Under the pieces are notes generated by a model. It was given only the letters and a program-made list of their open reading frames with translations, was not told the DNA's origin and searched no databases. This document shows positions 8,987 through 20,031 of a stretch of 64,000 bases of DNA, piece after piece. Numbering within the stretch: position 1 is the stretch's first letter; each line of letters begins with the position of its first letter. Source of the stretch: Cyanophyceae cyanobacterium (GTDB lineage Bacteria > Cyanobacteriota > Cyanobacteriia > Cyanobacteriales > Laspinemataceae); contig JBBQFN010000001.1 in the NCBI GenBank assembly GCA_038321985.1, positions 256,001 to 320,000 of the forward strand. Reading direction: 5' to 3'. The position numbers and the translations under genes are program-made.

Positions 8987-11782
8987 TTATACTACTGATT
9001 TACCCCATTTACGCTTGGCAAAAATCAACAGCCCAATCGCCCCAATCATCCCCAACCATTGATGCGGTTCCGGTACTGCCGCAGTCATTATATCATGCGG
9101 TTGACTCAACTGTTCTTTGCCATCTTCTATTTCCCGATCAAAGCGATCGCTGCGGGATTCTGCCTCTTGCAACTGCCGCTTTTGTTCCTCGTTGACTAGC
9201 ACGATCGCCGAGGAATAGGGCGATACTATTTCATACCGTTTAGCAATAGCATGAATGGCATCTAAATCAGCTATACTTGCCCCATCAATCTGTTTAGATA
9301 AGCCCAGAATCAATTGCCTTGCAGCTAATGATCCTAATCCAGCTTTGTCTGGAACTGGCGCGGTGGCTAGGGTCTTCGATAAAGTGGCAGTCCCTCCTTT
9401 AGCTGGTGCCTCTACAAACCAACTATATCCATCTACTACACTCACGGCAGATTTGCCTAATTTGGCAGTGGTTGCAATTCGTTGCAATACCTCCTCTAAG
9501 TCCGTGGAAATGCCCCCACCAGTGCCTTGAATCGCTTGTAAGGTGCCGTCGTCATACGCCGGAGGTAATCCCCCTAAATGGACCATCCATAATGGACTGG
9601 AGAGGGTGAGCAAATCAGGGTTATCGTTGGCTAATTCATAACTGCCGCGATCGCTAATTAAGGCAACTGCATCATAATTCGTATCCCCCTGCAATTCCTG
9701 GAACTGCTGCACCATTTCCCGATAATTGAGGCTACCATAATAGGTGATTTGGGCCGGATTCAATTCCCGCATATCGTCCAGACGTAAGGGAACCGCACCG
9801 GGTGAGGCGGTTAAATAGAGGTCCGCATCGTTGTTATTCAAACGGTTATCCGCAAATCCCTTTTGTTTTAGCCAATTTACGGTTTCTGTTACTTCTTTGG
9901 CGTGCGATCGCATACTATAGGAGCGATCGAGGATTACGGCAATCCGTTTCCCTTGGGGTAAGATATAATCCGTCTCTGTTAGTGGTTTCGCCGAAATCTG
10001 GTAATCTCCGGGTAATGTTACTTGATGTGCGGTTCCAGAGGAGAGATTGGTTGCTGGCAGAAACTCGGGCAACCAGGCATCACCGAGGCGTTTTACCGTT
10101 TCTCCATTATACTGACGCTGGGTATTGCGGTTCCAAAAGACGTTGCGCTTTTCAGCCAGTTGTGGCATCGCCCAACCTTGGGGCGTTTGCATCACTTTAT
10201 ACGTTAACCAGAGGTGCTGCTTCGGCTGTTCGTGGAGGTTAGTATTGTCCCAGGAGGTGAATCGGGCGGGAATGGGAAACACTCGGAGGCGATATTGTCG
10301 CGGTCCCACTTGTTCCAACAGCGCCGGATCAATATTACGCTGAACTTGAGCATTATACACCTGTTGGGCTGCACCGCGCGGGGAAATTTGGAAGACGTAG
10401 CGATCGCTGCGATCGGCGGTTTCATTTAACCAGAGTCCGGTTAATACCGCACTTTCAGGTAAAGAAAAATAATAGAAAACTTCCTCATTTTGAGAGGTTT
10501 GGTTTTCATATACCTCATAGAGTTCTACATCCGCCCAATCTCCCCGTTCCGTTACCGTAACTTCCTGTTGAGTCAGCAAGACTCTTTGCTCATTAATATT
10601 CAATAAACCCGCTTTTGCTTCTTCCTGGTTAAAGGTAGATTGGACGGCGTGTAAAATTGTTTTGGCTTCCGCCTTTTGAATGGGAATATCAAAAAATTGC
10701 TCGTACAGGGTTTCGGCTTTTTGGCTATCCTCTCGCGACCCTTGGTACAAAAAAGGCGACATTAAACTATTGTACCAATTTTGCACCACTTGGGCAGTCG
10801 ATCTGTCCAGTCCGAGGAGGCTATGATACATTTCCCGGATGTGGTTATTGTCTTGGTTGGTACTAAGATAGCGATAGGAAAGTAAATAAGCGTTGAGGAG
10901 ACCTTGGCGAATTGTGTTAGAATTAGCTAAAATTTCTTGCCGCTCTTTATCTGTTGCACCCGGATTTTCTAATTGATTAAAGGCTTGAATTTGGGGTTGT
11001 TGTTGAAAGGCTAAAAATAGCACCATCCAAGCGGCAAGAACGATTCCTGCACCAAAAAAAGCCTGCTTTCGTCCATACTGAGTAGAAAATTTTCGGATAA
11101 TCTGATAGCCAGAATAGAGATAAAAGGTGGCGAGGGCGGATGGCATGGCCACAAATAAAGTAGCGCTAAATCCCCAGAAGAAAAAGAAGAAAGGTAGCCA
11201 CCAAATTATCTGTAGCACTTCATAGGATGACTGATTAAGGAGTCCCGGCAACCATTCAAAGCTGAAGAGGTAAATGGCAACAGAAACAGCGAGGGGAACC
11301 GCATAAAAGAGTAACAATGTGCCCAAATAGAGGCCCATTAATAACACCAAACTATGAGTACCCAGTTGTAGCCAAGCTAATTTGCGATCGCGGTAGGCAT
11401 AACCTGAGAATAATTGAAGTGCAAATGTCCCAATACAAAGGAGTGCAGTTCCTACGATTAGGTTACTGGCTGCGGTCATTTCTCGTAGCATGAATAACCG
11501 AATTAGGCACAGAAGAAATAACGGGGCTTCGACCCCATAAAATAGACGAATCAGTTGCAAGGGATGCTTTTTCAACCGCGTCCCGATCCAAGTACAGACG
11601 GTGGGAATGGCGATTAGCCCAGTTAGAGTCACGGTAAATTCTAGGGGAATTATACCCACCAGGGTTGCTAAAATCAAAGGGATTCCTACCGTAGGTAAGA
11701 TTCCCAGGTAAACAATAACTAAAAATGTGAGATTCCACCACCAAAAAATTGTGGAAAATAAACGGTGAAGCCAGACTTTCAT
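8987..11782 (-). CDS. PEP-CTERM integral membrane protein (TIGR02921-like) with VIT and vWA-like domains
   Basis: About 8 N-terminal TM helices, VIT-like region (ADVELYEVYEN, DPALLEQVGPRQYRLRVFP), MIDAS-like DRSYS, C-terminal VPEP + TM + KRK. Start moved to MKVWLHR. Confidence 0.85.
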   Translation of the reverse strand: MKVWLHRLFSTIFWWWNLTFLVIVYLGILPTVGIPLILATLVGIIPLEFTVTLTGLIAIPTVCTWIGTRLKKHPLQLIRLFYGVEAPLFLLCLIRLFMLREMTAASNLIVGTALLCIGTFALQLFSGYAYRDRKLAWLQLGTHSLVLLMGLYLGTLLLFYAVPLAVSVAIYLFSFEWLPGLLNQSSYEVLQIIWWLPFFFFFWGFSATLFVAMPSALATFYLYSGYQIIRKFSTQYGRKQAFFGAGIVLAAWMVLFLAFQQQPQIQAFNQLENPGATDKERQEILANSNTIRQGLLNAYLLSYRYLSTNQDNNHIREMYHSLLGLDRSTAQVVQNWYNSLMSPFLYQGSREDSQKAETLYEQFFDIPIQKAEAKTILHAVQSTFNQEEAKAGLLNINEQRVLLTQQEVTVTERGDWADVELYEVYENQTSQNEEVFYYFSLPESAVLTGLWLNETADRSDRYVFQISPRGAAQQVYNAQVQRNIDPALLEQVGPRQYRLRVFPIPARFTSWDNTNLHEQPKQHLWLTYKVMQTPQGWAMPQLAEKRNVFWNRNTQRQYNGETVKRLGDAWLPEFLPATNLSSGTAHQVTLPGDYQISAKPLTETDYILPQGKRIAVILDRSYSMRSHAKEVTETVNWLKQKGFADNRLNNNDADLYLTASPGAVPLRLDDMRELNPAQITYYGSLNYREMVQQFQELQGDTNYDAVALISDRGSYELANDNPDLLTLSSPLWMVHLGGLPPAYDDGTLQAIQGTGGGISTDLEEVLQRIATTAKLGKSAVSVVDGYSWFVEAPAKGGTATLSKTLATAPVPDKAGLGSLAARQLILGLSKQIDGASIADLDAIHAIAKRYEIVSPYSSAIVLVNEEQKRQLQEAESRSDRFDREIEDGKEQLSQPHDIMTAAVPEPHQWLGMIGAIGLLIFAKRKWGKSVV

Positions 11783-11956
11783 ACTGAACTCCGGACGTAA
11801 TAGGGGTAGAGGGAGAGGAAGGTAGCGAACTAACAAGCCTCTCTTCCACTATTGAATCCAGGAAAATTCAAAACGTCAAGCAAAAAGCCTCGAGGGTTCA
11901 AATCCTGGGCTGTAGAATTGCGACAACTAGCAGTTATCGCCGGCTAGTTGTCACAA

Positions 11957-12331
11957 CTACATCTTCCAAGTTGCAACTGCCAAACACCCCCAACCGAGTA
12001 AAAAGGCTGCACCACCGATTGGTGTGATCGCACCTAACCACTTGATACCGGATAAACTGAGTGTGTATAAGCTACCGGAAAAAATCAACACTCCGGCGAT
12101 GAAGGCAAATCCCGCTACTCGCAGCCAGAGAGAGGAGGTTTCAGTCTGGGTTAAGCTAAATCCCACAAATAAGAGAGCCAAGGCATGATACATTTGATAG
12201 CGTGCCGCCGTCTCGAAAATTTCGATCGCCCTCTCACTTAGTTGGGCTTTCAAGGCATGGGAAGCGAAGGCACCGGCAGCTACGGAAAGTCCGCCAAAAA
12301 TTGAGCCAGCCACCATGAAAAGTTGGGGCAT
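11957..12331 (-). CDS. DUF423 (YgdD/TMEM256) membrane protein
   Basis: GAFASH, FETAARYQMYH, FSGSLY, GAITPIGG motifs. Start moved to MPQLFM. Confidence 0.9.
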   Translation of the reverse strand: MPQLFMVAGSIFGGLSVAAGAFASHALKAQLSERAIEIFETAARYQMYHALALLFVGFSLTQTETSSLWLRVAGFAFIAGVLIFSGSLYTLSLSGIKWLGAITPIGGAAFLLGWGCLAVATWKM

Positions 12332-12377
12332 ATAGTTTACTCCTGTTACCGTTATTGTTGCCAAACCCCATAGGGTT

Positions 12378-12806
12378 TTATCCAAAATTAAAGGAGTAGA
12401 AAATTTCGCCCCGATCGCTGACTTCAAAATCGGCGTCAAATTCTACTGCTTTTTCATCTAGAAATTTTCGAGCTTTTTTAACGGATAAACCCGTTTCCAT
12501 TGCTAACCGCATCACCGTAATTTTGCCATTCTGGTCTTGGATTACCTGATAAAAAATAGACTGAATACGCTCACGCTCGTTTTGAGTGTGCAAATGATAA
12601 CCCACCTTGTTATCCCGATACAACCCCCAAGCCATTAATCCGCCTTGAAGGGTACAAGGTAAGCCTAATAAAAAAATACAGGCTTTGAGTTCCTCTCTAT
12701 CCTGGGCGGGGGTCTCCGGGTTGCTTAACTTCTGTGTAGCAATTCCTAACACCGAGAGTCCCAGGAGCATAAGCAGTGCTGATGCTGATTTTTTTAGCCC
12801 TTTCAT
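12378..12806 (-). CDS. Two-TM protein with C-terminal winged-helix-like domain (paralog 1)
   Basis: 142 aa; C-terminus NGKITVMRLAMETGLS...EFDADFEVSDRGEIFYSF. Confidence 0.75.
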   Translation of the reverse strand: MKGLKKSASALLMLLGLSVLGIATQKLSNPETPAQDREELKACIFLLGLPCTLQGGLMAWGLYRDNKVGYHLHTQNERERIQSIFYQVIQDQNGKITVMRLAMETGLSVKKARKFLDEKAVEFDADFEVSDRGEIFYSFNFG

Positions 12807-13125
12807 AATTCAAGTTTAATCGGTTTTATGGATCTGTATTTTTGATAAACTATGCTTTCCCTCCTCATTCTTTCTTTTCCTCTATAAACCAGTCAGTAGA
12901 AAAGGATTGAGATAGCGTTTCCCCTACTCCTGGGGCACCCCTAGGGATGAGGAGTGGGTAAAGCCTGGGGGGTATCGCGACAGATTAACGCGCAGGGTCT
13001 CTACTTCATCACCTCTGCCTCGTCCCTCATCCTACCCAGCAAAATGCAAGTGCATGGTGCATAGGATCCGCTAACTCACTCCCCAAAATGTACCTCATCA
13101 CGGCGGGAACTGTTATATTGTCTAT

Positions 13126-13554
13126 TCATACCTTAAATCGATAGACCACATCTCCGCGATCGCTCACTTCAAAATCTGCATTAAACTCTTGGGCTTGTTC
13201 TTCTAAATATTGCTTGGCTTGATGGGCGGATAGCTGAGTTTCCATCGCAAAATGCAGGACCGTAATTTGGCCGTTGCGTTCCCGAATCATTTGGAAAAAG
13301 ATGCCTTGTAAGCGATCGCTTTCCTCTTTATCCAACGCTAACTTTTTATTTTTGCCCTCGCGATAGAGACCCCAGGCTAACCATCCGCCCGCCCCGATTG
13401 CGGGAATACCCAACCCGAAGCCTACGAGGGCGAGATCTCTGCCATCATCTTGCTCATCGGGATCAGTTTGCCCTAAACCCAAGACTCCCATGATTAGACA
13501 AAGAAGTCCAAAAGCCAGTAACAAACCCGCCGCCACCGTTTTAATCGGTTTCAT
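13126..13554 (-). CDS. Two-TM protein with C-terminal winged-helix-like domain (paralog 2)
   Basis: 142 aa from MKPIKT; C-terminus NGQITVLHFAMETQLS...EFNADFEVSDRGDVVYRF aligns with paralog 1. Confidence 0.75.
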   Translation of the reverse strand: MKPIKTVAAGLLLAFGLLCLIMGVLGLGQTDPDEQDDGRDLALVGFGLGIPAIGAGGWLAWGLYREGKNKKLALDKEESDRLQGIFFQMIRERNGQITVLHFAMETQLSAHQAKQYLEEQAQEFNADFEVSDRGDVVYRFKV

Positions 13555-13644
13555 AAACTTCACCGGAATTTGTAAATTTTCTCGAAATTCTAGCCTACTG
13601 TCTTGACTCTTGTCATCTGGTGTTCGGGACAGAATTTTCAATAG

Positions 13645-14331
13645 TTAGTACCGAATTGCTTCCAAAAGTCGAGAATAATAAAACCGAGTGCTTGTCATCT
13701 CTTGGCGAGCGATCGCAAAGCCATTTTTAGCCAGAATTGCGACAATATCCGCTTCTCGATGTTGGTAAGCCCGAGTGGTTTTACTGGGACCGGGAAATAA
13801 CTCACCAACCTTTTTTAATGCGCTCAGGGCCACGGTTTTCGGAGCAAAACTCAGAATTAAACGGTTTTGTGCCAAAGAACACAGATGGCCGATCATCTCC
13901 CCGGCCTTCTCTTGGGGATAGTGAATCAGCACATCCAGACAAATGACTGTATGATAGCGCCCGCTTAACGATTCTAAATCCTGTGCCGTAAAAGAAATGT
14001 TATTACTAGGACCGAACTGGGTTTTAGCCCGTTGGTATGCTTCGGCAACCATTTTTTCAGAGATATCGCTGCCATAGACCATTGCACCGCCTTGTCCGAG
14101 GGGAATACTTAGACTGCCGACACCGCAACCGGCATCACAAATGGATAAACCCTGTAAGTTGTCATCGGCTTTTAACCACCCCAGGACTCGATCAACCGTT
14201 TGTTGATGTCCCTTACGAATATCTAGCTGAACTTTATTGACCTCTTCTGTGCCATAAATTCTGCGCCAGCGGTCGAAGCCCGTCGCATTAAAATACTCCT
14301 TGACGATGGTTTTATCATCTACTGCGTTCAT
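13645..14331 (-). CDS. chlM: Magnesium-protoporphyrin IX O-methyltransferase
   Basis: YFNATGFDRWRRIYG, DAGCGVG, CLDVLIHYP, FPGPSKTTRAY. Confidence 0.96.
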   Translation of the reverse strand: MNAVDDKTIVKEYFNATGFDRWRRIYGTEEVNKVQLDIRKGHQQTVDRVLGWLKADDNLQGLSICDAGCGVGSLSIPLGQGGAMVYGSDISEKMVAEAYQRAKTQFGPSNNISFTAQDLESLSGRYHTVICLDVLIHYPQEKAGEMIGHLCSLAQNRLILSFAPKTVALSALKKVGELFPGPSKTTRAYQHREADIVAILAKNGFAIARQEMTSTRFYYSRLLEAIRY

Positions 14332-14389
14332 GGGGATGCCTATTGCTGTGTTGTGTCCAGCCTCTTAACTTACCACATTCTTCAAAACG

Positions 14390-14415
14390 AAAAGGCAGGC
14401 AGTCCCCTGCCTTTT
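14390..14415. terminator. Intrinsic terminator-like hairpin downstream of mgsA
   Basis: AAAAGGCAGG-cagtcc-CCTGCCTTTT. Confidence 0.6.
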
Positions 14416-14437
14416 ATCCCGTTTCCGGTCCAGCTTG

Positions 14438-14812
14438 TCACTCTAGGGACAAACTGGGGATAATCGCCTCCGCCGTTGCCAGATTCGTGGCTAGGGGGGT
14501 TTGCTGAAGGTTACAGATTCGCAATAGCGCTTGGATATCGGGTTCGTGAGGTTGAGCAAACAGGGGATCAATCAGGAAAATCACGGCTTTGACCGTTCCT
14601 TCTACCACTTGTGCGGCAATTTGGGAATCTCCTCCCATCGGTCCCGATTGCATTCGTTGCACTTGGAGTCCCGTGGCTTCGTTAATTCGTGCACCTGTGG
14701 TCCCTGTGGCAATCAGATGATACTGGGAAAGGAGGACGGAATGCTTTTTAGCAAAAGCCACCATCTCATCTTTTTTGCGATCGTGGGCGATTAAGGCAAT
14801 CATTGAGGACAT
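14438..14812 (-). CDS. mgsA: Methylglyoxal synthase
   Basis: IALIAHDRKK, ATGTTG, SGPMGGDSQI, QPHEPDI, PLATN. Confidence 0.96.
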   Translation of the reverse strand: MSSMIALIAHDRKKDEMVAFAKKHSVLLSQYHLIATGTTGARINEATGLQVQRMQSGPMGGDSQIAAQVVEGTVKAVIFLIDPLFAQPHEPDIQALLRICNLQQTPLATNLATAEAIIPSLSLE

Positions 14813-14899
14813 GATATTAAATCCGGCTTGCTTGCTCTTTGAGTTAGCCCCTGCCCGCGGTTGCTGTGCTTGTATCCTCAGTCTTGAGGCTGCGGGGGT

Positions 14900-16141
14900 C
14901 TAGTCCAGGGGTCCGAGTCGCTCCCAGGTTAACAGGTTTTCGGGTTCGTTGAGATGCCAGCGCAATAAGGAAGCCGGTTGACCCACATTTAACTGGGGTA
15001 AGCCGATCGCCCATCGGGGTGATTTCGTTGCCAGGGCGATCGCATCTCCGACTTCACAGAGTCCCCATTTGACTAAATTCTGTACCCCCGTTAATAGGGG
15101 AAGGGTAGTTCCGGCGAGGGTGCCATTTTCTAGGCGGGCGGTCCCATTGATGACTTCGATTTGACGGCTATCCCACGGATATACTCCATCGGGTAATCCC
15201 AAGGGCGAAAGGGCATCGCTGACGAGAAAGATCCCTTTGTAATAGTGGCTAGCCCGGAGGAGCAAGTCAATAGTAATCGGCGAAATGTGTTCGCCATCGG
15301 CAATTAACCCACATTTCACCTGGGGATGGACGATCGCCGCCCCTAATAACCCCGGTTGGCGGTGATGAATCGGTGGCATGGCATTAAAGGCATGAGTCAC
15401 CATTCGCGCACCCCGATTAAAGGCTTCCGTGGCTTGTTCAGCGGTGGCGAGGGAGTGACCCAGACTGATAGTAATCCCCAGAGCGTGCAGATAGTCTAAG
15501 GTTTCGCCACTGGGGTCTAATTCCGGGGCCAGGGTGATAATTTTCACCAGTTGGGCATAGTCTCCCAATACACTCTTGACATTTTCCAAGGTTAAGGGGA
15601 GTAAATATTCCCCTGGATGTGCGCCGCGTTTCTCAGGATTGAGGAAGGGCCCTTCTAAGTGGACTCCGCCAATTTTAGACGTCCGTTGATTTTGGGGACA
15701 AGAATATTTGGGGTTGTTGATAAATGATGACAAAGTGGCAAGCGATCGCTGAATATTTTCCACCGAAGTTGTGACTAGGGTCGGGAAAAAAACATCGACT
15801 CCTTCATGCCAGAGAAATTGACAAATTTCCTGGAGTTTGTCAAAATCAGCCAATTCTAGATTGGGAAAGGCTAATCCCAAAGCTCCATTAATTTGGAGAT
15901 CAACCCCGCCCAAGGAAACCCAGTCTCCTTCTACATCTAATAAGGCCATTTCCTGTAAATTTTCCACACAGGGAATGGGGGGCTTTTCGGTTTTCATCGG
16001 TTGAATCACGGCGATCACACCCTGTTTATCAATTCTCAGCCAGTGCAAGTCCTCATAACCGGGAAGTTGAGCGTTGATAATATCCAAGTTGGTGCAGCCG
16101 GAGATGGGCAAAATATTACGGAGGCTTGATAGTGGAGTCAT
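14900..16141 (-). CDS. nagA: N-acetylglucosamine-6-phosphate deacetylase
   Basis: DLQINGALG, HLEGPFLN, TLAPE, GHS, THAFNAM, IADGEH, LAGT. Start uncertain (16141 or 16156). Confidence 0.93.
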   Translation of the reverse strand: MTPLSSLRNILPISGCTNLDIINAQLPGYEDLHWLRIDKQGVIAVIQPMKTEKPPIPCVENLQEMALLDVEGDWVSLGGVDLQINGALGLAFPNLELADFDKLQEICQFLWHEGVDVFFPTLVTTSVENIQRSLATLSSFINNPKYSCPQNQRTSKIGGVHLEGPFLNPEKRGAHPGEYLLPLTLENVKSVLGDYAQLVKIITLAPELDPSGETLDYLHALGITISLGHSLATAEQATEAFNRGARMVTHAFNAMPPIHHRQPGLLGAAIVHPQVKCGLIADGEHISPITIDLLLRASHYYKGIFLVSDALSPLGLPDGVYPWDSRQIEVINGTARLENGTLAGTTLPLLTGVQNLVKWGLCEVGDAIALATKSPRWAIGLPQLNVGQPASLLRWHLNEPENLLTWERLGPLD

Positions 16142-16416
16142 CGAGTTGGTTATCAAAAAGGTGAGCGCGAATTTACAGCTAAGGAGGAGAGTTTAGAGTT
16201 TAAATTAGGGAGTTGGGGGGTAAATTTTGAGGTAGGCTGTAGGGGTGCTTTTTCACTTTTAATCGTTGGAGTGAGTGAGTTACAAGGACTAATTGACTGA
16301 CTAAAATTGAGAGTATTTGCCGAGCTTTAAGGCGCTAACGCTAAAACCTCTTACCTTACCCTAATGTTTAAAGTTTAAATTATAAATTTTAAATTTAAAC
16401 TAGGAAATTCACCCCC

Positions 16417-16439
16417 TAAAATCTAAAATCTAAAATCTA
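16417..16439. repeat. Heptamer short tandem repeat (TAAAATC)x3, STRR-like
   Basis: Read directly. Similar heptamer runs at about 34478 (TTAGAGT) and 58029 (TTAATTC). Confidence 0.55.
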
Positions 16440-16456
16440 ACCTCTAAAAACCTCCC

Positions 16457-16978
16457 ATGAATCAACCCCAAATCAGCATTATTATGGGCAGCGATTCTGA
16501 TCTGCCTACGATGAAAGAAGCGATCGCGGTCTGTGAGGAATTTAACCTTGCGGTAGAAGTGGCGATCATCTCCGCCCATCGTACCCCGGAACGGATGGTG
16601 CAGTATGCGAAACAGGCGCACCACCGCGGACTGAAAGTGATTATCGCCGGTGCAGGAGGGGCCGCCCATCTGCCAGGGATGGTTGCCGCACTGACCCCGT
16701 TACCCGTGATTGGGGTGCCGGTATCCACTCGCCATCTTCAGGGTGTGGACTCTCTTTACTCTATTGTACAAATGCCGGGAGGAATTCCCGTGGCAACTGT
16801 GGCGATCGGGAATGCCAAAAATGCCGGATTGCTAGCGGTGCAAATTTTAGCCACCCATCAACCGGAATTGCTCGAAGTCGTGCAACAGTATCGACAAAGC
16901 CTCAGCGACTCGGTGATGTCCAAGCAAGAGCGTCTGGATCAACTGGGTTATCAAGAATATTTAACTCAGATGCCCTGA
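16457..16978 (+). CDS. purE: N5-carboxyaminoimidazole ribonucleotide mutase
   Basis: [39 protein letters not shown]. Confidence 0.97.
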   Translation: MNQPQISIIMGSDSDLPTMKEAIAVCEEFNLAVEVAIISAHRTPERMVQYAKQAHHRGLKVIIAGAGGAAHLPGMVAALTPLPVIGVPVSTRHLQGVDSLYSIVQMPGGIPVATVAIGNAKNAGLLAVQILATHQPELLEVVQQYRQSLSDSVMSKQERLDQLGYQEYLTQMP

Positions 16979-17102
16979 TTTCCCAGGGGTCCTGGGGATG
17001 CTTACCCCTAGAAATTGAGAGCATTGGGCCATAACAAGCAGCCGGTTGGGGAAAATGCCCCAGATTTTTATCTCGGGCGATCGGAACAAGCGCCTCAAAA
17101 AA

Positions 17103-17145
17103 TGTAAACTCTGATACAGAATGAATTTCCTAGAATTGGTGCAAT
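17103..17145 (+). promoter_or_regulatory. NtcA-binding site (TGTA-N8-TACA) with putative -10 element upstream of amt
   Basis: GTAAACTCTGATAC at 17104-17117 is a canonical GTA-N8-TAC. TGCAAT lies 22 nt downstream, the class II spacing. amt genes are established NtcA targets. Confidence 0.8.
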
Positions 17146-17424
17146 CATTGTGGCTCGGAGCGTGGAGATCCGTCGGCTTTTTCCGAAAATAGGGGCGATC
17201 GCCTCCGGTATAGCTGCACTCACCGCGTCAGGTTCCGGCTGTAACCCGAGGTCCCCCTAGCTTAAGTCATTCTAGAAAATCGCCAGCTCCGAAGTCGGGA
17301 ACGTGCAAATCGGGGAAAACCTGCGATCACTAAACCATAGGCGATCGCCTATGGTTTCCACTTCAAAAGCACCCAATTTCCCAGGCCATTAACTGTGCTT
17401 GACCCATTCATAAAAAGTCCGACA

Positions 17425-18951
17425 ATGACCTCTAAACTAAACTTCAATCAGAAATCGAAACCCAGATCTCGGAGGCGGCTGTCTTCCATTCGGAATGCTC
17501 CCCTCACCCAGGAAAACTCGATATTTCAAAAGTTGCGATCGGCTATTGGTAGGCTCTCCCCCTCTTGGAAAGCCTGCATTCCGTTAGCCAGTATCCTTTT
17601 GCTCGTATCGGCCTATTCTGCGGTTGCCCAATCACCTCCAGGGGACCTACCGGAGAGCTATACCGAAACCCAAGAGCTCAGAATCGCTCTAGATACCATG
17701 TGGGTAGTCATTGCCGCTATCTTGGTCATCTTTATGAACGCGGGCTTCGGGATGCTGGAAACCGGCTTTTGCCGCCAGAAAAATGCCGTCAATGTCTTGT
17801 CTAAAAACCTGATCGTGTTCGCCCTGGCTACGATGGCGTTTTGGGCCGTCGGGTTTGGGCTGATGTTTGGTGATGGCAATCCTTTTATCGGCTTTAGCGG
17901 CTTTTTCCTGGCCGGACCTGACAACAGTCCGGCAGTGAATGATGCTTACTGGGGAGTCTTCGACTCTCTCAACTGGACCGGAGTGCCTCTAGCCGCCAAG
18001 TTTTTATTTCAAGTCGCCTTTGCCGGAACCGCCGCCACCATCGTTTCCGGTGCAGTTGCCGAACGGATTAAGTTTGTTGACTTCTTGATCTTCAGTCTGT
18101 TACTGGTGGGCATTGCCTATCCAATTACCGGACATTGGGTCTGGGGTGGGGGCTGGCTCTCGGGATTAGGCTTTAAAGATTTTGCCGGATCCACCGCAGT
18201 TCACTCCGTGGGGGGCTGGGCTGCCCTCATGGGTGCGGCCTTCCTCGGCCCACGTCTGGGTAAATATCAAAATGGTCGTCCTGCCGCCTTACCGGGACAT
18301 AACATGAGTATCGCTACTTTGGGATGCTTGATCCTCTGGATCTGCTGGTTTGGCTTTAACGCCGGTTCTACAATGACGGCGAACCACTCGATCGCCCATA
18401 TTGCCTTGACCACCAACATTGCTGCGGCTATGGGTGGAATTGCGGCTACCATCGTCGCTTGGATGTACCTTGGCAAACCTGACCTTTCCATGATTATCAA
18501 CGGTATTCTCGCCGGACTGGTTGCCATTACCGCCGGTTGCGATGGTGTCACGGTCTTTGGATCCGTCATTATCGGTGCCGTCGGGGGAATTTTGGTGGTG
18601 TTCGCGGTTACCTTCTTTGACAGCATCCAAATTGATGACCCGGTAGGGGCGACTTCGGTTCACCTCGTTAATGGGATTTGGGGAACCTTAGCCGTGGGTT
18701 TGTTTAATGTAGATAGCGGTTTATTCTATACCGGCCAACTCTCGCAACTGGGGATCCAATTGCTCGGCATTGTCTCCGTTGGTGGCATGACAGTCCTTTT
18801 TTCTACTCTCTTTTGGGTTCTTCTCAAACGCGTCCTCGGAATCCGCGTCACCGAAGACGAAGAGTTGAAAGGGTTGGATATTTCCGAACATGGGATGGAA
18901 GCTTACAGTGGTTTCCTGAAAGATAATCGAGGGATGGCAGGAAATCCCTAG
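17425..18951 (+). CDS. amt: Ammonium transporter (Amt family)
   Basis: [53 protein letters not shown]. Start 17425 (or 17395). Confidence 0.96.
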   Translation: MTSKLNFNQKSKPRSRRRLSSIRNAPLTQENSIFQKLRSAIGRLSPSWKACIPLASILLLVSAYSAVAQSPPGDLPESYTETQELRIALDTMWVVIAAILVIFMNAGFGMLETGFCRQKNAVNVLSKNLIVFALATMAFWAVGFGLMFGDGNPFIGFSGFFLAGPDNSPAVNDAYWGVFDSLNWTGVPLAAKFLFQVAFAGTAATIVSGAVAERIKFVDFLIFSLLLVGIAYPITGHWVWGGGWLSGLGFKDFAGSTAVHSVGGWAALMGAAFLGPRLGKYQNGRPAALPGHNMSIATLGCLILWICWFGFNAGSTMTANHSIAHIALTTNIAAAMGGIAATIVAWMYLGKPDLSMIINGILAGLVAITAGCDGVTVFGSVIIGAVGGILVVFAVTFFDSIQIDDPVGATSVHLVNGIWGTLAVGLFNVDSGLFYTGQLSQLGIQLLGIVSVGGMTVLFSTLFWVLLKRVLGIRVTEDEELKGLDISEHGMEAYSGFLKDNRGMAGNP

Positions 18952-19143
18952 GGCATCGTCTCACTCTGCAACATTCTATTAATATCATTCGCTACATTTG
19001 CGGTCTTAGGAGGATTTTGAATACACTAGAAGTATCTCCTGACCGCATTTTTTTGCCCAAGGGTGCGACGAGTGGCGGTAATCTTGCCGGCAAGGTCCGC
19101 TTTTCGTTGCACAGTAGGGTCGGGAATTATTGTTGCGTAGCGA

Positions 19144-20031
19144 TTGACGGCATTGCGTTTAAATTTGCGTTCAAACCCGGTTCTGTCTAAACTCGCGGTC
19201 ATCTCCTGGTCAACAATACCACCTTGGACATTGTTATCCCTGATTACGAATGGGATCTTGATGCTCACGGTCATTTTGCTGCTGGTCCGCGATGGAAGTT
19301 CTTCCTCCAGTCTCGAAAATTTATCGAAATTACCGGGGAATGGGTCTAGTTCCACCGAAAATGCCTCGGCTTCAGAAACCCTAGGCATGGAGCCTCAGTT
19401 AGGTCCCCGTCATCAATGGAATTACCAGCAATGGGTGGCTCAGTTACAACGGGAGGCGGAGGCGATCGCCGCCAATCCCCCGGAACGCCTCGGGGTTCTC
19501 GCCGGAGATTCGATCAGTCTATGGTTTCCCCCGGAACTGCTGCCCCCTAAACGCGCTTGGTTGAATCAAGGCATATCTGGAGAAGTCTCTTCAGGGTTGT
19601 TAAAACGGTTAGCCTTATTTGATAAGAGCAACCCCGAGGTGATTTTTGTGATGATTGGCATTAATGACCTGATTCGGGGGGTTCCCCCTGAAGAGGTCAT
19701 CCAAAATCAGCAGGCGATCGTCCGGGATCTCGTCTGGGTTCATCCCAATGCACGGATCGTCCTCCAATCCATTTTGCCCCACAGTGGATCTGATGCCAGT
19801 TGGGAGGGCCGCGATCGCCTCGAACATATTCCCAATGATCAAATTCGCGATATCAATCGCCAACTCGCGGCGATCGCCTCCGCAGAAGGGGTTGATTTCT
19901 TAGACTTATACCCCCTCTTCGCCGGTCCTCAAGGCAACCTCCGCCTCGATTTAACTACGGATGGTTTACATCTCAACGAGCAAGGGTACTTAGTCTGGCG
20001 GACGGCATTAATGGTTTTCGATCCCGTTTAA
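19144..20031 (+). CDS. SGNH/GDSL-family esterase with N-terminal membrane anchor
   Basis: Blocks GDSI, NQGISG, GIND, DGLH. Start uncertain. Confidence 0.88.
   Translation: MTALRLNLRSNPVLSKLAVISWSTIPPWTLLSLITNGILMLTVILLLVRDGSSSSSLENLSKLPGNGSSSTENASASETLGMEPQLGPRHQWNYQQWVAQLQREAEAIAANPPERLGVLAGDSISLWFPPELLPPKRAWLNQGISGEVSSGLLKRLALFDKSNPEVIFVMIGINDLIRGVPPEEVIQNQQAIVRDLVWVHPNARIVLQSILPHSGSDASWEGRDRLEHIPNDQIRDINRQLAAIASAEGVDFLDLYPLFAGPQGNLRLDLTTDGLHLNEQGYLVWRTALMVFDPV

Noticed and set aside
12930..13110. GATGAGG/CCTCATC complementary motifs between the tandem paralogs (possible ribozyme or ncRNA)
   Set aside because: No hammerhead CTGATGA/GAAA core and the pairings do not nest consistently.
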